Positions 15,512 to 22,975 are shown, counted from the stretch's first letter. The stretch is 24,000 bases of DNA from an uncultured Peptococcaceae bacterium (GCA_937922955.1 CALAKO010000180.1:2232-26231); one strand, 5' to 3'. Made by a program: numbers and translations. Notes: generated by a model not told the origin, from the letters alone.

Positions 15512-15831
15512 TGGAGGTCTATAAGGTAAAGCTTACTCAAGAAGCCGAGGACGATCTTAATGCCATTTATGATTACATTTGTGAAACGTTGCAAGCGCCT
15601 CAGGCTGCACGGCGTCAATATCATCGACTAGCAGAAGAAATATTAAGCTTGGATTTTTTCCCAGAACGTTACGCTGTGATTGAAGCCGAACCATGGCATT
15701 CTATGGGATTGCGGCAGATGCCGGTTGATCGGTATTCCGTATTTTACTTCCTTTGCAAGGACTGCGTATTCGTCACAAACATTCTCTATAGTGCTTCAAA
15801 TTTGATGGAGAGGCTTAAACGTCATTCATAA
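15511..15831 (+). CDS. RelE/ParE family toxin
   Basis: 106 aa. Y.V.LT.EAEDDL..IYDYI........A....RL.E.I.SL..FPERY......P....GLRQ.PV..YSVFY pattern typical of ParE/RelE. Translationally coupled to the antitoxin. Confidence 0.85.
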   Translation: MEVYKVKLTQEAEDDLNAIYDYICETLQAPQAARRQYHRLAEEILSLDFFPERYAVIEAEPWHSMGLRQMPVDRYSVFYFLCKDCVFVTNILYSASNLMERLKRHS

Positions 15832-15843
15832 ACGATTAAAACA

Positions 15844-15888
15844 AAACACACGCCGCTTGATCTGTGATGGCTCAGGCGGCGTGTGTTT
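15844..15888 (+). terminator. Terminator-like hairpin after the TA pair
   Basis: AAACACACGCCGC - 19-nt loop - GCGGCGTGTGTTT (13-bp perfect stem) followed by gcgttt. Confidence 0.55.
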
Positions 15889-16013
15889 GCGTTTAGCGGC
15901 AGAAAGACAGAGGCTGTCGAGTATGCGCCCGGTCTTGGACAAAGCAGGCGGGGTGATTGTCACCATGGCACGTCATGCTGCACAGCAGCAAGCATTTGTC
16001 AAATCCCGGCGCG

Positions 16014-16046
16014 TATAAAAAACAGCAGGACGTTGGTCCTGCTGTT
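16014..16046 (-). terminator. Terminator of the yjdF-family gene
   Basis: AACAGCAGGAC-gttg-GTCCTGCTGTT perfect 11-bp stem. An A-run on the + strand gives a U-tail on the minus strand. Confidence 0.65.
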
Positions 16047-16051
16047 GGCGG

Positions 16052-16468
16052 TCAATGACCGCGATGCTTTTCTTTGCGTTTGGCGCGTTTTGCGGCATAA
16101 CGCGCGGCTGCTTTTTCCTCACGAGCAGCGCGTGCCTGTGTGCGTTGGGCCGTTTTTCCAACCTCACGCTGCTGCGCCAGCGCTTGCTGTGCCTTCGTGC
16201 CCACTCCCTGCGCCGCGGCAGCCTGGCGCGCGGCTCGCTGTCGCCGCTTGGGATTGCGGTAGTGTATAGGCTGTTCCGCCGTTCCCGCTGCCCCGAAGGA
16301 CAGCCTGCGAAACTGATTCAGCACCAGCTGCAGCACTTCTACATCCCGTGGTTCAGCGCCGAATGTCACCTTGCACACCGACAGAGTTTCGCCATCCACA
16401 CGTTCAAACACGCCGATCCAAAATGGATCGTCAAAGAACACCGTCAATGTCAGCGATGTTATCTCCAT
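16052..16468 (-). CDS. yjdF: YjdF family protein (DUF2992)
   Basis: 138 aa from ATG 16468 (AAGGAGGG SD). MEITSLTLTVFFDDPFWIGVFERVDGETLSVCKVTFGAEPRDVEVLQLVLNQF plus a Lys/Arg/Ala-rich tail, the typical YjdF layout. The track ORF (to 16660) is an artefactual N-terminal extension through the leader. Confidence 0.8.
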   Translation of the reverse strand: MEITSLTLTVFFDDPFWIGVFERVDGETLSVCKVTFGAEPRDVEVLQLVLNQFRRLSFGAAGTAEQPIHYRNPKRRQRAARQAAAAQGVGTKAQQALAQQREVGKTAQRTQARAAREEKAAARYAAKRAKRKEKHRGH

Positions 16469-16625
16469 CCTGGTCCCTCCTTTATAAAAAGATGGACAAA
16501 GAAGGGACAACCCGGAGGGGCAGGTTACTGACCTCGCCAGCAGCGAGACGGCCGGGCTACCTTCCGGCTCTGGCGCGCCCGCAGGCGCACGGTGCGTTTT
16601 TATCTTTGCCGCAGCCTTTGGCTGC
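16469..16625 (-). ncRNA. Structured 5' leader of yjdF; candidate yjdF-class riboswitch with SD-sequestering helix
   Basis: About 155-nt leader downstream of the TTGACG-17-TATGAT promoter. At least four local hairpins (CGCAGCC/GGCTGCG, GCGCC/GGCGC, GCCGG/CCGGC, CTCGC/GCGAG). An anti-SD CCTGCCCCTCC (forward 16514-16524) is complementary to GGAGGGACCAGG, which covers the SD up to the ATG (forward 16469-16480). Confidence 0.5.
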
Positions 16626-16631
16626 GCTTTC

Positions 16632-16660
16632 ATCATACGCCTGTTGGCCGCCTTCGTCAA
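16632..16660 (-). promoter_or_regulatory. Promoter of yjdF (TTGACG-17-TATGAT)
   Basis: Minus strand reads TTGACG aaggcggccaacaggcg TATGAT. It starts 10 nt after the stop of the upstream flavoprotein gene. Confidence 0.6.
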
Positions 16661-16669
16661 GCAATGGGT

Positions 16670-17299
16670 TCAGCGTACAAAATTGGTCACAGCGCCGCGT
16701 TCCGTGTCGGGCAGTGGCACACCGGCCTCTTTGCCGGCAGCAAAACAGCGCATCATCCACACCATATGCCGTGCCAGGTTGCGCAGCGTCTGCATGCCTT
16801 CCGCATCGGCGGCAGCATCCTCGGCCACGCGCCCATGGCTCAGGCTCCAATATGTTGAGCCAGCAACAGGCATTTCAGAAATGCCGAAATACTTGTTCAG
16901 TGCGTCTAAGCTGGCTGTTGTACCGGCGCGACGGGCTACTGCCACAGAGGCGCCCGGCTTGCAGCGGAACACATCCTTGCCAGCGCTGTAAAAGGCGCGG
17001 TCCAGGAAGGAGAAAATACGGCCGCTTGGATGGGCGTAGTACACTGGTGTGGCAAACACAAAACCATCCGCCGCGCGCGCCTTCTCCACAAAAGCATTCA
17101 CACCGTCCTCATCTCCCAGCACACAGCGCCCAGTTTTGGCACAGGCGCCGCACTGCAGACAGTCGGCCAGCGGCTTGGTGCCAGTTTGGATGATTTCTGA
17201 TTCCACCCCTTCAGCATCAAAAATTTTTACCATTTCATTCAATGCTTGCATTGTTGTGCCATTAACATGGCTGGAGCCATTTACGAGCAATACTTTCAT
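16670..17299 (-). CDS. Flavodoxin-fold NAD(P)H-dependent FMN reductase / iron-sulfur flavoprotein family
   Basis: MKVLLVNGSSHVNGTT (FMN-binding loop), Cys cluster CLQCGACAKTGRC, FATPVYYAHPSG. AAGGAGGAAG SD. Confidence 0.85.
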   Translation of the reverse strand: MKVLLVNGSSHVNGTTMQALNEMVKIFDAEGVESEIIQTGTKPLADCLQCGACAKTGRCVLGDEDGVNAFVEKARAADGFVFATPVYYAHPSGRIFSFLDRAFYSAGKDVFRCKPGASVAVARRAGTTASLDALNKYFGISEMPVAGSTYWSLSHGRVAEDAAADAEGMQTLRNLARHMVWMMRCFAAGKEAGVPLPDTERGAVTNFVR

Positions 17300-17341
17300 A
17301 ACGACTTCCTCCTTATAAATGATTGTATTTTATGAGATCTT

Positions 17342-17692
17342 TCAGCTGCGCAGAATTTTTTCCAGAGGCTTGCCTTTAGCAAGTTCGTCAACAAGCTTAT
17401 CGAGCCAGCGAATTTGCTGCATCAGCGGGTCGTCGATGGTTTCTACTTTGACGCCGCAGATGCTGCCTTTGATGAGGGCGGCGTTGGGGTTGATCTGTGG
17501 CGCTTCGCGAAAGAAGGTGCCGTAGTCCACGTCCCGCGCCAGCTGTGCCGCCAGCCCGGCGGCGTCGTAGCCGGTGAGCCAGCAGGTGACGCGCTCCACT
17601 TCCTCTGGTGTGCGTCCTTTGCGTACAGCTTTGGCCACGAGCAGAGGATAGACCTTGCTGACGGGCATGGCAAATACTTTTTCATTGTCCAT
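17342..17692 (-). CDS. DUF2200 domain protein
   Basis: 116 aa from ATG 17692 (GGGAGGA SD). FAMPVSKVYPLLVAKAVRKGRTPEEVERVTCWLTGY...LDKLVDELAKGKPLEKILR matches my recollection of the DUF2200 family. The upstream part of the track ORF is non-coding. Confidence 0.8.
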   Translation of the reverse strand: MDNEKVFAMPVSKVYPLLVAKAVRKGRTPEEVERVTCWLTGYDAAGLAAQLARDVDYGTFFREAPQINPNAALIKGSICGVKVETIDDPLMQQIRWLDKLVDELAKGKPLEKILRS

Positions 17693-17815
17693 GTCGGTGT
17701 CCTCCCAAAATCTGATGATGGTGTTATTATACCACGCCGCATGTGACGATGGCAGTGGGCGTTTGGGTGGTAATATGGTAGAATGATGATAATCTTTATG
17801 AAAGTGGTGATAATA

Positions 17816-19405
17816 ATGAAGCTTTATCACAACGGTCCGATTTTGACGATGGAAGAAGAGATGCCGCTGGCTGAGGCGTTGGTGGAGGAGAACGGGCGCA
17901 TTCTCTATGTTGGTGGGCAGGCGGGCGCGGCGGCCTATGCCGACGACGCAGAGCTCGTGGATTTAGCCGGACGCACGTTGATGCCGGCGTTTCTGGATGC
18001 ACACAGCCATATTTCTGAGACGGCAATGCTGTTGAGTGCGGCCAATCTGCAGGAAGCGCGCTCCTTTGCCGATCTGGTTGCCATTCTCAAAGATTACGCG
18101 GCACAACCTGAGGTGGCAGCGATGCCGTTTGTGGTCGGTCTGGGCTACGACCACAACGCTCTGGAGGAGCAGCGTCATCCGGATAAGTTCCTGTTGGACG
18201 CAGCATTTCCCGATCGAGCGGTTGTAGTGGTGCACACGAGCATGCACATGTGTGTGGCCAACAGCCGCATGCTGGCAGAGATGGGCGTGGATGCGGCAAC
18301 GCCGACACCGGAAGGCGGGGCCATTGGCCGTGTTGGCGACTCCCAGGAGCCGGATGGCTATCTGGAGGAAACAGCGTTCAATCCGGTGTACGACAGGGTG
18401 TGCAAGCTTCTGGCGGCGACGCCGGAGCGAATCGCTAATACTCAGTATCACTACATTCAGCATGGCATTTTGACCATTCAGGAGGGCGCCACTGATGCAC
18501 CCATTGTCAGCGCTTGCCGTCAGGCGGCAGAAGCAGGGAGATTGGTCTGCGATGTGGTGGCCTATCCGGCGCTAAATTTTGGTCGCGGCGTGGGGACGGC
18601 GTTTGAAGAAAATGCCGATTGCCTGGGTCGTTATAAGAATCATTTCAAACTGGGTGGCTTTAAGCTGATTTTGGATGGCTCGCCTCAGGGGCGCACAGCT
18701 TGGCTGAGCACGCCTTATGAAGATAGCGACGATTGCAGCATGGGCTGGCTTAGTGATGAAGCGCTGCAGGATTATGTGGACCAGTGTATGCGTCTGCGGC
18801 GGCAGGTGCTGGCCCATTGTAACGGCGATGCGGCAGCGGAGCAGTTCATCAACGCCTGCGAGCGTGCTTTGGAAAAATATCCCTGGGCGGACGCACGGCC
18901 GGTGATGATTCATTGTCAAACGGTGCGTGACGATCAGCTGGCGCGCATGGCGAAGCTCGGCATGATTGCCTCGTTTTTTGTGGAGCATGTGTACTTCTGG
19001 GGCGACGCTCATCTGAAAAACCTTGGACCGGTGCGCGGGCCGCACATCAGCCCGACGAAAGCGGCGCTGGAACGGGGCGTGGCGTTCAACCTCCACACCG
19101 ATTGTCCGGTGGTGCCGCCGGACATGTTCCATACTGCCTGGACGGCATGCAACCGTATCACCAAGAGCGGCCGCGTCCTTGGCGCCGATCAGTGTCTCGA
19201 TGTTTGGCAGGCTCTTAAAGGCTTGACCATTGACGCCGCCTACGCTTATTTTGAAGAAAACGATAAAGGCTCTCTTAAGGCTGGGAAAAAAGCCGATCTC
19301 ATCCTTGTCGATCGAAATCCATTGGCCATTGAGGTCATGCAGCTCAAGGATATCCGTGTGCTGGCTTGCATCAAAGAAGGCCAGCTGGTGTACGGCAGCT
19401 GCTAA
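17816..19405 (+). CDS. Amidohydrolase family metal-dependent hydrolase (Amidohydro_3 / YtcJ-like)
   Basis: MKLYHNGPILTM..., metal-binding FLDAHSHISE, later HCNGD, HTD, and a C-terminal ADLILVD motif. Start ATG 17816 is preferred; ATG 17798 or 17783 are possible. Confidence 0.85.
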   Translation: MKLYHNGPILTMEEEMPLAEALVEENGRILYVGGQAGAAAYADDAELVDLAGRTLMPAFLDAHSHISETAMLLSAANLQEARSFADLVAILKDYAAQPEVAAMPFVVGLGYDHNALEEQRHPDKFLLDAAFPDRAVVVVHTSMHMCVANSRMLAEMGVDAATPTPEGGAIGRVGDSQEPDGYLEETAFNPVYDRVCKLLAATPERIANTQYHYIQHGILTIQEGATDAPIVSACRQAAEAGRLVCDVVAYPALNFGRGVGTAFEENADCLGRYKNHFKLGGFKLILDGSPQGRTAWLSTPYEDSDDCSMGWLSDEALQDYVDQCMRLRRQVLAHCNGDAAAEQFINACERALEKYPWADARPVMIHCQTVRDDQLARMAKLGMIASFFVEHVYFWGDAHLKNLGPVRGPHISPTKAALERGVAFNLHTDCPVVPPDMFHTAWTACNRITKSGRVLGADQCLDVWQALKGLTIDAAYAYFEENDKGSLKAGKKADLILVDRNPLAIEVMQLKDIRVLACIKEGQLVYGSC

Positions 19406-19420
19406 GAACGTCGATATAGC

Positions 19421-19456
19421 ACAAGGCCCTCCGTTTTACGAAACGGAGGGCCTTGT
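19421..19456. terminator. Bidirectional terminator between the convergent amidohydrolase and histidine kinase genes
   Basis: ACAAGGCCCTCCGTTT-tacg-AAACGGAGGGCCTTGT, a perfect 16-bp stem. Confidence 0.75.
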
Positions 19457-19459
19457 TTG

Positions 19460-20338
19460 CTACAATTGAAGGCGAATGGTCAAGATGTCGTCTGAATAAT
19501 TGGCATCAATGTGTCCGCCCATTTGCTCCACCAGCGTGCGGGCAATGGAAAGGCCAAGGCCGGTGGAATGGTGGGCAGTTTCGACGGTGAAGAAGCGATC
19601 GAACAGCTGGGCCGTGGTGACGCTGTCGAGATCCGCGGCGTGGTTGGCAAAGGTGATAACGGCATCGGCAGACAGATGGACGTGCAGGTCGCCGGCGCTG
19701 TATTTGAGGGCATTGTTGAGGATGTTGTTAAAAATGCGCGCGAGGGCTTGTGGGTCCAGTGAGCGCCAGATAGCTTCATCGCAGAGCTGGATGTCTGGTG
19801 TTAGGCCGCGTTGGCTGAAGGCGCCGTAGAAAGCAGCCAGGCTTTCGGCGAGGGCGTCGTTGAGGCAGACGGGCGTGCGCGCAAGTGGAGAGTCGTCGGT
19901 GAGAATGACCGAATAGCGAAACAGATCCTCTGTGAGCTGGGTCATGGCATCGGTACGGTTGGCAATGATATCCAGATAACGTGTGATGGTGGTCGTTTTC
20001 TCTTCCTTTTCAAGGAGATCGAGGGTGCCGCGAATGGCGGTGAGAGGCGTGCGCAGATCGTGAGAAATGTTGGTGACGGCGGTTTTCAGCTCGCGATCAC
20101 CGGTTTCATAGCGCCGGCGTTGCTGTCGCAGCTCACGCAGCGAGTCATTGATGGCCGCAGCAAGCTGACGCATGCGGGCATCGTGGCAAGAAAGGGTGAT
20201 GGGTGTGTTGGTGTCGGTGTGGAGCCGGTCATTAAATTGCTGAGCAATGGAGTCGGCAGCTCTGCGCAGCAGGACGATTTTGACGACGAGGGCAGAAAGG
20301 ATGAGCAGCAGCACGCCGATGATGAGAACAGCACCCAT
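19460..20338 (-). CDS. Sensor histidine kinase, single N-terminal TM helix and no extracytoplasmic domain
   Basis: H-box SHDLRTPLTAI, N-box NNILNNALKY, G-box GLGLSIARTLV. Only one hydrophobic segment (GAVLIIGVLLLILSALVVKIVLL). AAGGAGG SD. Confidence 0.9.
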   Translation of the reverse strand: MGAVLIIGVLLLILSALVVKIVLLRRAADSIAQQFNDRLHTDTNTPITLSCHDARMRQLAAAINDSLRELRQQRRRYETGDRELKTAVTNISHDLRTPLTAIRGTLDLLEKEEKTTTITRYLDIIANRTDAMTQLTEDLFRYSVILTDDSPLARTPVCLNDALAESLAAFYGAFSQRGLTPDIQLCDEAIWRSLDPQALARIFNNILNNALKYSAGDLHVHLSADAVITFANHAADLDSVTTAQLFDRFFTVETAHHSTGLGLSIARTLVEQMGGHIDANYSDDILTIRLQL

Positions 20339-20352
20339 GGGAAGAAGCCTCC

Positions 20353-21132
20353 TTATTTGATGTCTTTTTTGCGGAACAACAGGTAGCCGAGAAACGTTGC
20401 GGCAATGGTGAGAAGCAGGGAATAGATGGGCCAGCGTGCCATATGGTCAAACATTTGATTGTTGATTTGAATGCATTGGGCACTTGGCAGAAAATCGTAC
20501 AAAAAGCAGATGATGGTGGCAGTGAATGGATGGATTTCATTGCCATAAATGATGATGTCGGTCATTATTGTGTCGATCATGGAGGAGATAATCGAGAGCG
20601 CGATCATGAACAGCAGGCCGACGACGGAGGATGTGGCTTTGTGGGACAGGTTCATGGCCAGGGCGACGCTCATTGCGGCGTAGGCTAGGGTGAGCAGAAT
20701 GCAGTCAAGCATGAGCAGCGCCAACTCTGCCGGTGTGAGCAAGATGGCGCGGAAGAGATGCCAGGAGAGCGCCGAACTCAGGATCAGGCTGGCTGCGAGC
20801 ACGCAAAGCGCAGCAGCCGTACTGGTAAGAGCGTGGGCAGCGTAGACGGCGGCACGCGTGTGGCCGCAGGCCAGCTTGCTGCGAATGGTGCCCTGGTCGT
20901 AGTCGGTGCCGATGGTGAGGTGAATAAAGATGGCATTGATGATGCCGATGCCGGGCAGCATACAGAATAGGCTGGCTTCGGCTGTCCAGCGATTGACCAG
21001 CCCATTGTAGTCGAGCATGTTGAAGGTGGAAACGACGAGGATGGCGGTTCCGATGACCGTGAATGCCAGGCAGGCCCAGAAGGCTTTGTTACGCAGCACT
21101 TGGACGGCATTGGCGGTAAGCAGTTTAAGCAT
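20353..21132 (-). CDS. ABC-2 type transporter permease
   Basis: 259 aa, about 6 TM helices. AGGAGG SD 8 nt before ATG 21132. The ATG overlaps the ATPase stop (ATGCTTAA), indicating translational coupling. Confidence 0.8.
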   Translation of the reverse strand: MLKLLTANAVQVLRNKAFWACLAFTVIGTAILVVSTFNMLDYNGLVNRWTAEASLFCMLPGIGIINAIFIHLTIGTDYDQGTIRSKLACGHTRAAVYAAHALTSTAAALCVLAASLILSSALSWHLFRAILLTPAELALLMLDCILLTLAYAAMSVALAMNLSHKATSSVVGLLFMIALSIISSMIDTIMTDIIIYGNEIHPFTATIICFLYDFLPSAQCIQINNQMFDHMARWPIYSLLLTIAATFLGYLLFRKKDIK

Positions 21133-22039
21133 GACGCGCACCTCCTACGAGAGACATAAAGAAGCTTTCCAGAGACTCGTCGTGCTCCTCAGCGGCCAGC
21201 AGCGTGCAGCCCTCGGCATCAAGGGCGTGAACCAGCTGCGAGAGAACGGGATGAGCAAAAATATCCGCGCTGTTGTCGGAGACGATTTCATAGTTTATTT
21301 GTTCGCGGTCAAGAACCCGCGCTAAAGCGTGGATATCAGTGACGCGAACGCGCAGACATTTTCGGCAGGCGGCTTCCAGCTCAGCGGCGCTGAATTCGCG
21401 CACCATCTGGCCGCCATCGATGACCCCGTAGTGACTGGCCAAGCGGCTGAGCTCGTCGAGAATATGGCTGGAAATGAGCACGGTGAGGCCGTGGTCGCGA
21501 TTGAGACGCAGAATAAGCTCACGCATTTCGATGATGCCTTGAGGATCGAGCCCATTCATGGGTTCGTCAAGGATGAGAAAGTCTGGCTGACCAGCCAAGG
21601 CCATGGCGATGCCAAGACGCTGTTTCATCCCAAGGGAGAAATGGCGCGCTTTTTTACGACCGGTGTTTGTCAGGCCGACCAAGTCTAGTAAATCGTCAAT
21701 GCCGGTGAAGCTGGGCATACCAAGGACACGGTATTGCTGACGCAGATTGTCGGCGGCACTCATGTCGAGATAAAGGGAAGGGGTTTCGATGACGGCGCCC
21801 AAACGCTGGCGTGCGCGATGAATGTCGCGGCTGCGGCTGTCGATGTCGTAGAGCGTGAAATGGCCCTGACTTGGCAGCTGCAAACCGCAGATTAAGCGAA
21901 TGAGGGTGGTTTTTCCGGCGCCATTGCGCCCGATGAAGCCATAAATGGCGCCTTTTGGCACGTGCATGGTGAGCGCATCAAGGGCGATGGTGTGTTTATA
22001 CCGCTTACTTAGAGCGGTGGTGGTAAGCACATTGTCCAT
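21125..22039 (-). CDS. ABC transporter ATP-binding protein (BcrA / lantibiotic-protection type)
   Basis: 304 aa from ATG 22039 (AAGGAGG SD). Walker A GRNGAGKTT, signature FSLGMKQRLGIAMAL, Walker B FLILDEPMNGLD, plus a C-terminal accessory domain. The upstream 78 codons of the track ORF are non-coding. Confidence 0.9.
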   Translation of the reverse strand: MDNVLTTTALSKRYKHTIALDALTMHVPKGAIYGFIGRNGAGKTTLIRLICGLQLPSQGHFTLYDIDSRSRDIHRARQRLGAVIETPSLYLDMSAADNLRQQYRVLGMPSFTGIDDLLDLVGLTNTGRKKARHFSLGMKQRLGIAMALAGQPDFLILDEPMNGLDPQGIIEMRELILRLNRDHGLTVLISSHILDELSRLASHYGVIDGGQMVREFSAAELEAACRKCLRVRVTDIHALARVLDREQINYEIVSDNSADIFAHPVLSQLVHALDAEGCTLLAAEEHDESLESFFMSLVGGARHA

Positions 22040-22121
22040 ATTGAGGACCTCCTTTTGATTGATGGCTCCATCGTAACGCACAGGTGTCAAGAAAGCGGTC
22101 AGGAAAAGCGTAAAGAATTGG

Positions 22122-22793
22122 TCAAGATTCGTCCGCCAGTTTGAAGCCAATACCCCAGACCGATTCAATATAATCTTTGCCGCTGATCTCGCGCAGCTTA
22201 CGGCGCAGGTTGCTGATGTGCTGTTTGAGGGAATGTTCGGTGCAGTCGGGGGTGTCCAGGCTGATGCGCTCAAGAATAACGGCTTTGGTGAGCACCTGGC
22301 TGGGGTTTTGCATCAAGAGCTTGAGAATGGCAAATTCTGTGGGTGTGAGGTGAACGGGTTGGTTATCAATAGTGACATTGCGCTGAGCATCATCCAGGAT
22401 TAAGCTGCCAACACGCAGGCTGTTGCTCGCTTTGAAGTTGGTGTCGTGATGACGAAGCTGCACCGTGATGCGTGCCAACAGCTCGCTGGTATCAAAAGGC
22501 TTCGTTATATAATCGGCTGCTCCATTTAGCAGTAACTGGACTTTGTCTTGCACATCTACTTTGGCGCTGAGAACAATCACCGGAACATCCTGGATTTTTT
22601 TCAGCACCTCTTCACCGCTGAGGCCTGGTAGCATGAGATCCAAGAGCACCAGATCTGGTTGTTCGCGTTCCAGCAGATAGAGGGCTTCCGTGCCGGAATA
22701 AGCGCGCAGAGCGCGATAGCCGTTGGCACAGAGCAACTCTTCAAGCATGTTGCCAATGTAGATGTCGTCGTCGATGATGGCAATGGTTTTCAT
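22122..22793 (-). CDS. OmpR-family response regulator
   Basis: 223 aa from ATG 22793 (GGAGG SD). Receiver domain MKTIAIIDDD...DLVLLDLMLPG...K. Winged-helix output LTPTEFAILKLLM...WGIGFKL. Confidence 0.92.
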   Translation of the reverse strand: MKTIAIIDDDIYIGNMLEELLCANGYRALRAYSGTEALYLLEREQPDLVLLDLMLPGLSGEEVLKKIQDVPVIVLSAKVDVQDKVQLLLNGAADYITKPFDTSELLARITVQLRHHDTNFKASNSLRVGSLILDDAQRNVTIDNQPVHLTPTEFAILKLLMQNPSQVLTKAVILERISLDTPDCTEHSLKQHISNLRRKLREISGKDYIESVWGIGFKLADES

Positions 22794-22824
22794 GAGCGAT
22801 ACCTCCGGAAGTAATGTTATTTTT

Positions 22825-22853
22825 ATTGTAGCGACTGAAAGCTGGTCCATCAA
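22825..22853 (-). promoter_or_regulatory. Promoter of the RR-ABC-HK operon (TTGATG-17-TACAAT)
   Basis: Minus strand reads TTGATG gaccagctttcagtcgc TACAAT, about 30 nt upstream of the RR SD. Confidence 0.6.
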
Positions 22854-22856
22854 GAC

Positions 22857-22872
22857 GCCAATAGGTATTGGC
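22857..22872. promoter_or_regulatory. Perfect dyad GCCAATA-GG-TATTGGC immediately upstream of the operon -35
   Basis: 7-bp arms separated by 2 bp, 3 nt upstream of the -35 hexamer. Candidate regulator binding site. Confidence 0.4.
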
Positions 22873-22975
22873 AGAGGTGAAACGAGGATCCATTTACCAA
22901 AAAATGAATTTTAGGCGGCGAAGATGCAGCTGTTGGTGATGATGGGCTCTCTGTGACAAATCAGGAAAAAGAAAA

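Noticed and set aside
15923-16018. 31-codon ORF (MRPVLDKAGGVIVTMARHAAQQQAFVKSRRV) with a weak AGAGG 9 nt upstream, between the TA terminator and the yjdF terminator
   Set aside because: It is short, has no recognisable motif, a weak RBS and no promoter that I could identify. It cannot be distinguished from chance without conservation or ribosome-profiling data.
15995-16030. Minus-strand TTGACA that could drive an antisense RNA against the ParE toxin gene
   Set aside because: There is no acceptable -10 element at 16-19 nt spacing, and it overlaps the yjdF terminator region.
16469-16660. N-terminal 64 codons of the 202-aa track ORF for yjdF
   Set aside because: The YjdF-homologous sequence begins at MEITSLTLTVFFDD (ATG 16468), preceded by AAGGAGGG. 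The upstream part is Ala/Pro/Lys-rich and contains a promoter and stable hairpins. I interpret it as a non-coding leader.
16348-17193. 281-aa ORF on the plus strand
   Set aside because: It is antisense to the flavoprotein gene and the yjdF leader. The translation is Pro/Arg/Ser-rich low-complexity sequence.
22040-22273. N-terminal 78 codons of the 382-aa track ORF for the ABC ATPase (overlaps the RR gene 3' end)
   Set aside because: ABC ATPase homology starts at MDNVLTTTALSKRY (ATG 22039), which has a strong AAGGAGG SD. The extension runs through the RR stop region.
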